DNA of 15,799 nucleotides from a virus (Duplodnaviria; Heunggongvirae; Uroviricota; Caudoviricetes): IMG/VR virus record IMGVR_UViG_2681813154_000010; one strand, 5' to 3'. Shown piece by piece: positions 14,339 to 15,799 of this stretch (position 1 is its first letter; each line of letters starts with the position of its first letter). The notes under the pieces were generated by a model. It saw only the letters and a program-made list of their open reading frames with translations, ran no database searches and was not told where the DNA came from. The position numbers and the translations under genes were made by a program.

Positions 14339-15799
14339 TTATTCATCTTTCGGCGCAGAATGCTGGCGACCAAAAATCACCTCCATCCGCGCACCGCCCA
14401 GCATGCTCTCTCCGGCGACGATTTTACCCTCATATTGCTCGGTGATTTCGCGGGCTACCGCCAGCCCTACACCTTGCCCAGGGCGTAAAGTATCAACCCG
14501 TTGACCACGGTCGAAAATGACCTCTCGCTTGCTTAATGGAATACCGGGGCCATCATCCTCGACCACAATATAGAGATGCTCGTCGGTTTGCCTTGCAGAA
14601 ATTTCGACAAACTCGAGGCAATATTTACAGGCATTATCCAGCACGTTGCCCATCACCTCGACAAAATCGTTCTGCTCACCGACAAAGCTGATCTCTGGCG
14701 AAATATCGAGAGAGATATTGACCCCTTTGCGTTGATACACTTTGTTCAGCGCTGAGGTGAGATTGTCCAGCAGTGGGGCGACCGGATGCAGCTCGCGGCT
14801 GAGCAATGTCCCGCCGCGCATACTGGCACGATGCAGGTAGTAGCCAATTTGCTGTGAAATGCGGCTGATTTGCTCCAGCATTACCGGCTCAGCATCACTG
14901 ACGCTCATCTTTTCACTACGCAGAGAACGCAGCGTACTTTGCAGCACCGCCAGTGGCGTTTTCAGACTATGGGTCAGGTCGGTGAGCGTCGTACGGTATT
15001 TGTCGTAACGTTCGCGTTCACTTTTTAACAATCGGTTCAGGTTTCGTACCAGACTGGTCAGTTCTCGCGTTGTGGCTGGATTGAGCAATTCGCGGTTATG
15101 TTCTTCCAGTTCGCGGACTTCTTTTGCCAGGGCTTCGATGGGGCGTAAACTCCACCAGGCGGCGACCCACAGCAGCGGGATCACTAACAGCAGATTGGCT
15201 GAGAGCACATAGATAAACCAGCTCCAGACCATATAGGAACTTTTTAGCTCCACCGGAATGGTATCCACCACCACAATGGTTAATTTTGGCATCCGCGATG
15301 TTGCCGGGTAGACGTTTACCGCCACCGAGTGGGTCATCTCCGCGTCGTCATCATCTTCCCGCACTTCCTGCAACTGTTGCTGTATCGAATGATCTCCACT
15401 CAGCAAGAGGCTGGTATCGTTAACATCCGCTTCAATTTCATGAAAACCATTCGATTTCAGCCAGTCAGGCTGGATCATTTTCATCAGCCAGGGCACGTCA
15501 CGTTGCGCCCATAAAAGCTGCCCGTTCTCATCATAAATTAGCGTCATGGTGGGGCTTTGCTTGTCGATATTTTCGGGTAACTCGACATGCAACTTATTGT
15601 TTTCCCACTGCGCAAGGGTATAGAACAGATTGCTCTCGCCACGTAACAGCCGAAACGTAGTTTTATCGAAACTGACGCTATAACCGATCAGCGCGACCAT
15701 TCCGTAGGCAAGCGAAAGCACCAGTACTACCGCTGCCGTTGCCAACAGAAAACGTACCCGCAGCGAGAGCGGGAAAAAAAGACGCAGTAATTTTTTCAT
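14339..15799 (-). CDS. phoQ: Sensor histidine kinase PhoQ of the PhoP/PhoQ two-component system, 486 aa, complete
   Basis: Translation matches the PhoQ sequence as I recall it end to end ([42 protein letters not shown] ... [17 protein letters not shown] ... [10 protein letters not shown]): two transmembrane segments, acidic patch EDDDDAEM in the periplasmic domain, H-box, HATPase domain. Confidence 0.97.
   Translation of the reverse strand: MKKLLRLFFPLSLRVRFLLATAAVVLVLSLAYGMVALIGYSVSFDKTTFRLLRGESNLFYTLAQWENNKLHVELPENIDKQSPTMTLIYDENGQLLWAQRDVPWLMKMIQPDWLKSNGFHEIEADVNDTSLLLSGDHSIQQQLQEVREDDDDAEMTHSVAVNVYPATSRMPKLTIVVVDTIPVELKSSYMVWSWFIYVLSANLLLVIPLLWVAAWWSLRPIEALAKEVRELEEHNRELLNPATTRELTSLVRNLNRLLKSERERYDKYRTTLTDLTHSLKTPLAVLQSTLRSLRSEKMSVSDAEPVMLEQISRISQQIGYYLHRASMRGGTLLSRELHPVAPLLDNLTSALNKVYQRKGVNISLDISPEISFVGEQNDFVEVMGNVLDNACKYCLEFVEISARQTDEHLYIVVEDDGPGIPLSKREVIFDRGQRVDTLRPGQGVGLAVAREITEQYEGKIVAGESMLGGARMEVIFGRQHSAPKDE

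Overview
The window holds a roughly 14 kb integrated mobile element (1 to about 14300) followed by a complete host phoQ sensor kinase gene on the minus strand (14339..15799), so the host is Escherichia or Shigella-like. The element reads as a phage satellite of the capsid-forming PICI (cf-PICI) type. It has a tyrosine integrase, an AlpA-family regulator, a P4-family primase/helicase with an iteron origin next to it, and a full HK97-type head and cos-packaging module (major capsid, prohead protease, portal, head-tail joining protein, gp6-like connector, HNH endonuclease, small and large terminase). It has no tail, tape-measure, baseplate, lysis or CI-type repressor genes. I found no large defence-system-like ORF; the candidate novelty is the satellite itself plus several unexplained small genes and repeat motifs. 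Notable oddities: the major capsid gene has an in-frame TGA; three N-runs (10112..10192, 10411..10466, 11265..11306) interrupt structural genes; a leftward transcription unit with a strong terminator sits between alpA and the rightward operon; and a GAACAA/TTGTTC repeat motif recurs at three places. All protein calls come from reading the supplied translations for family hallmarks; no database search was possible.
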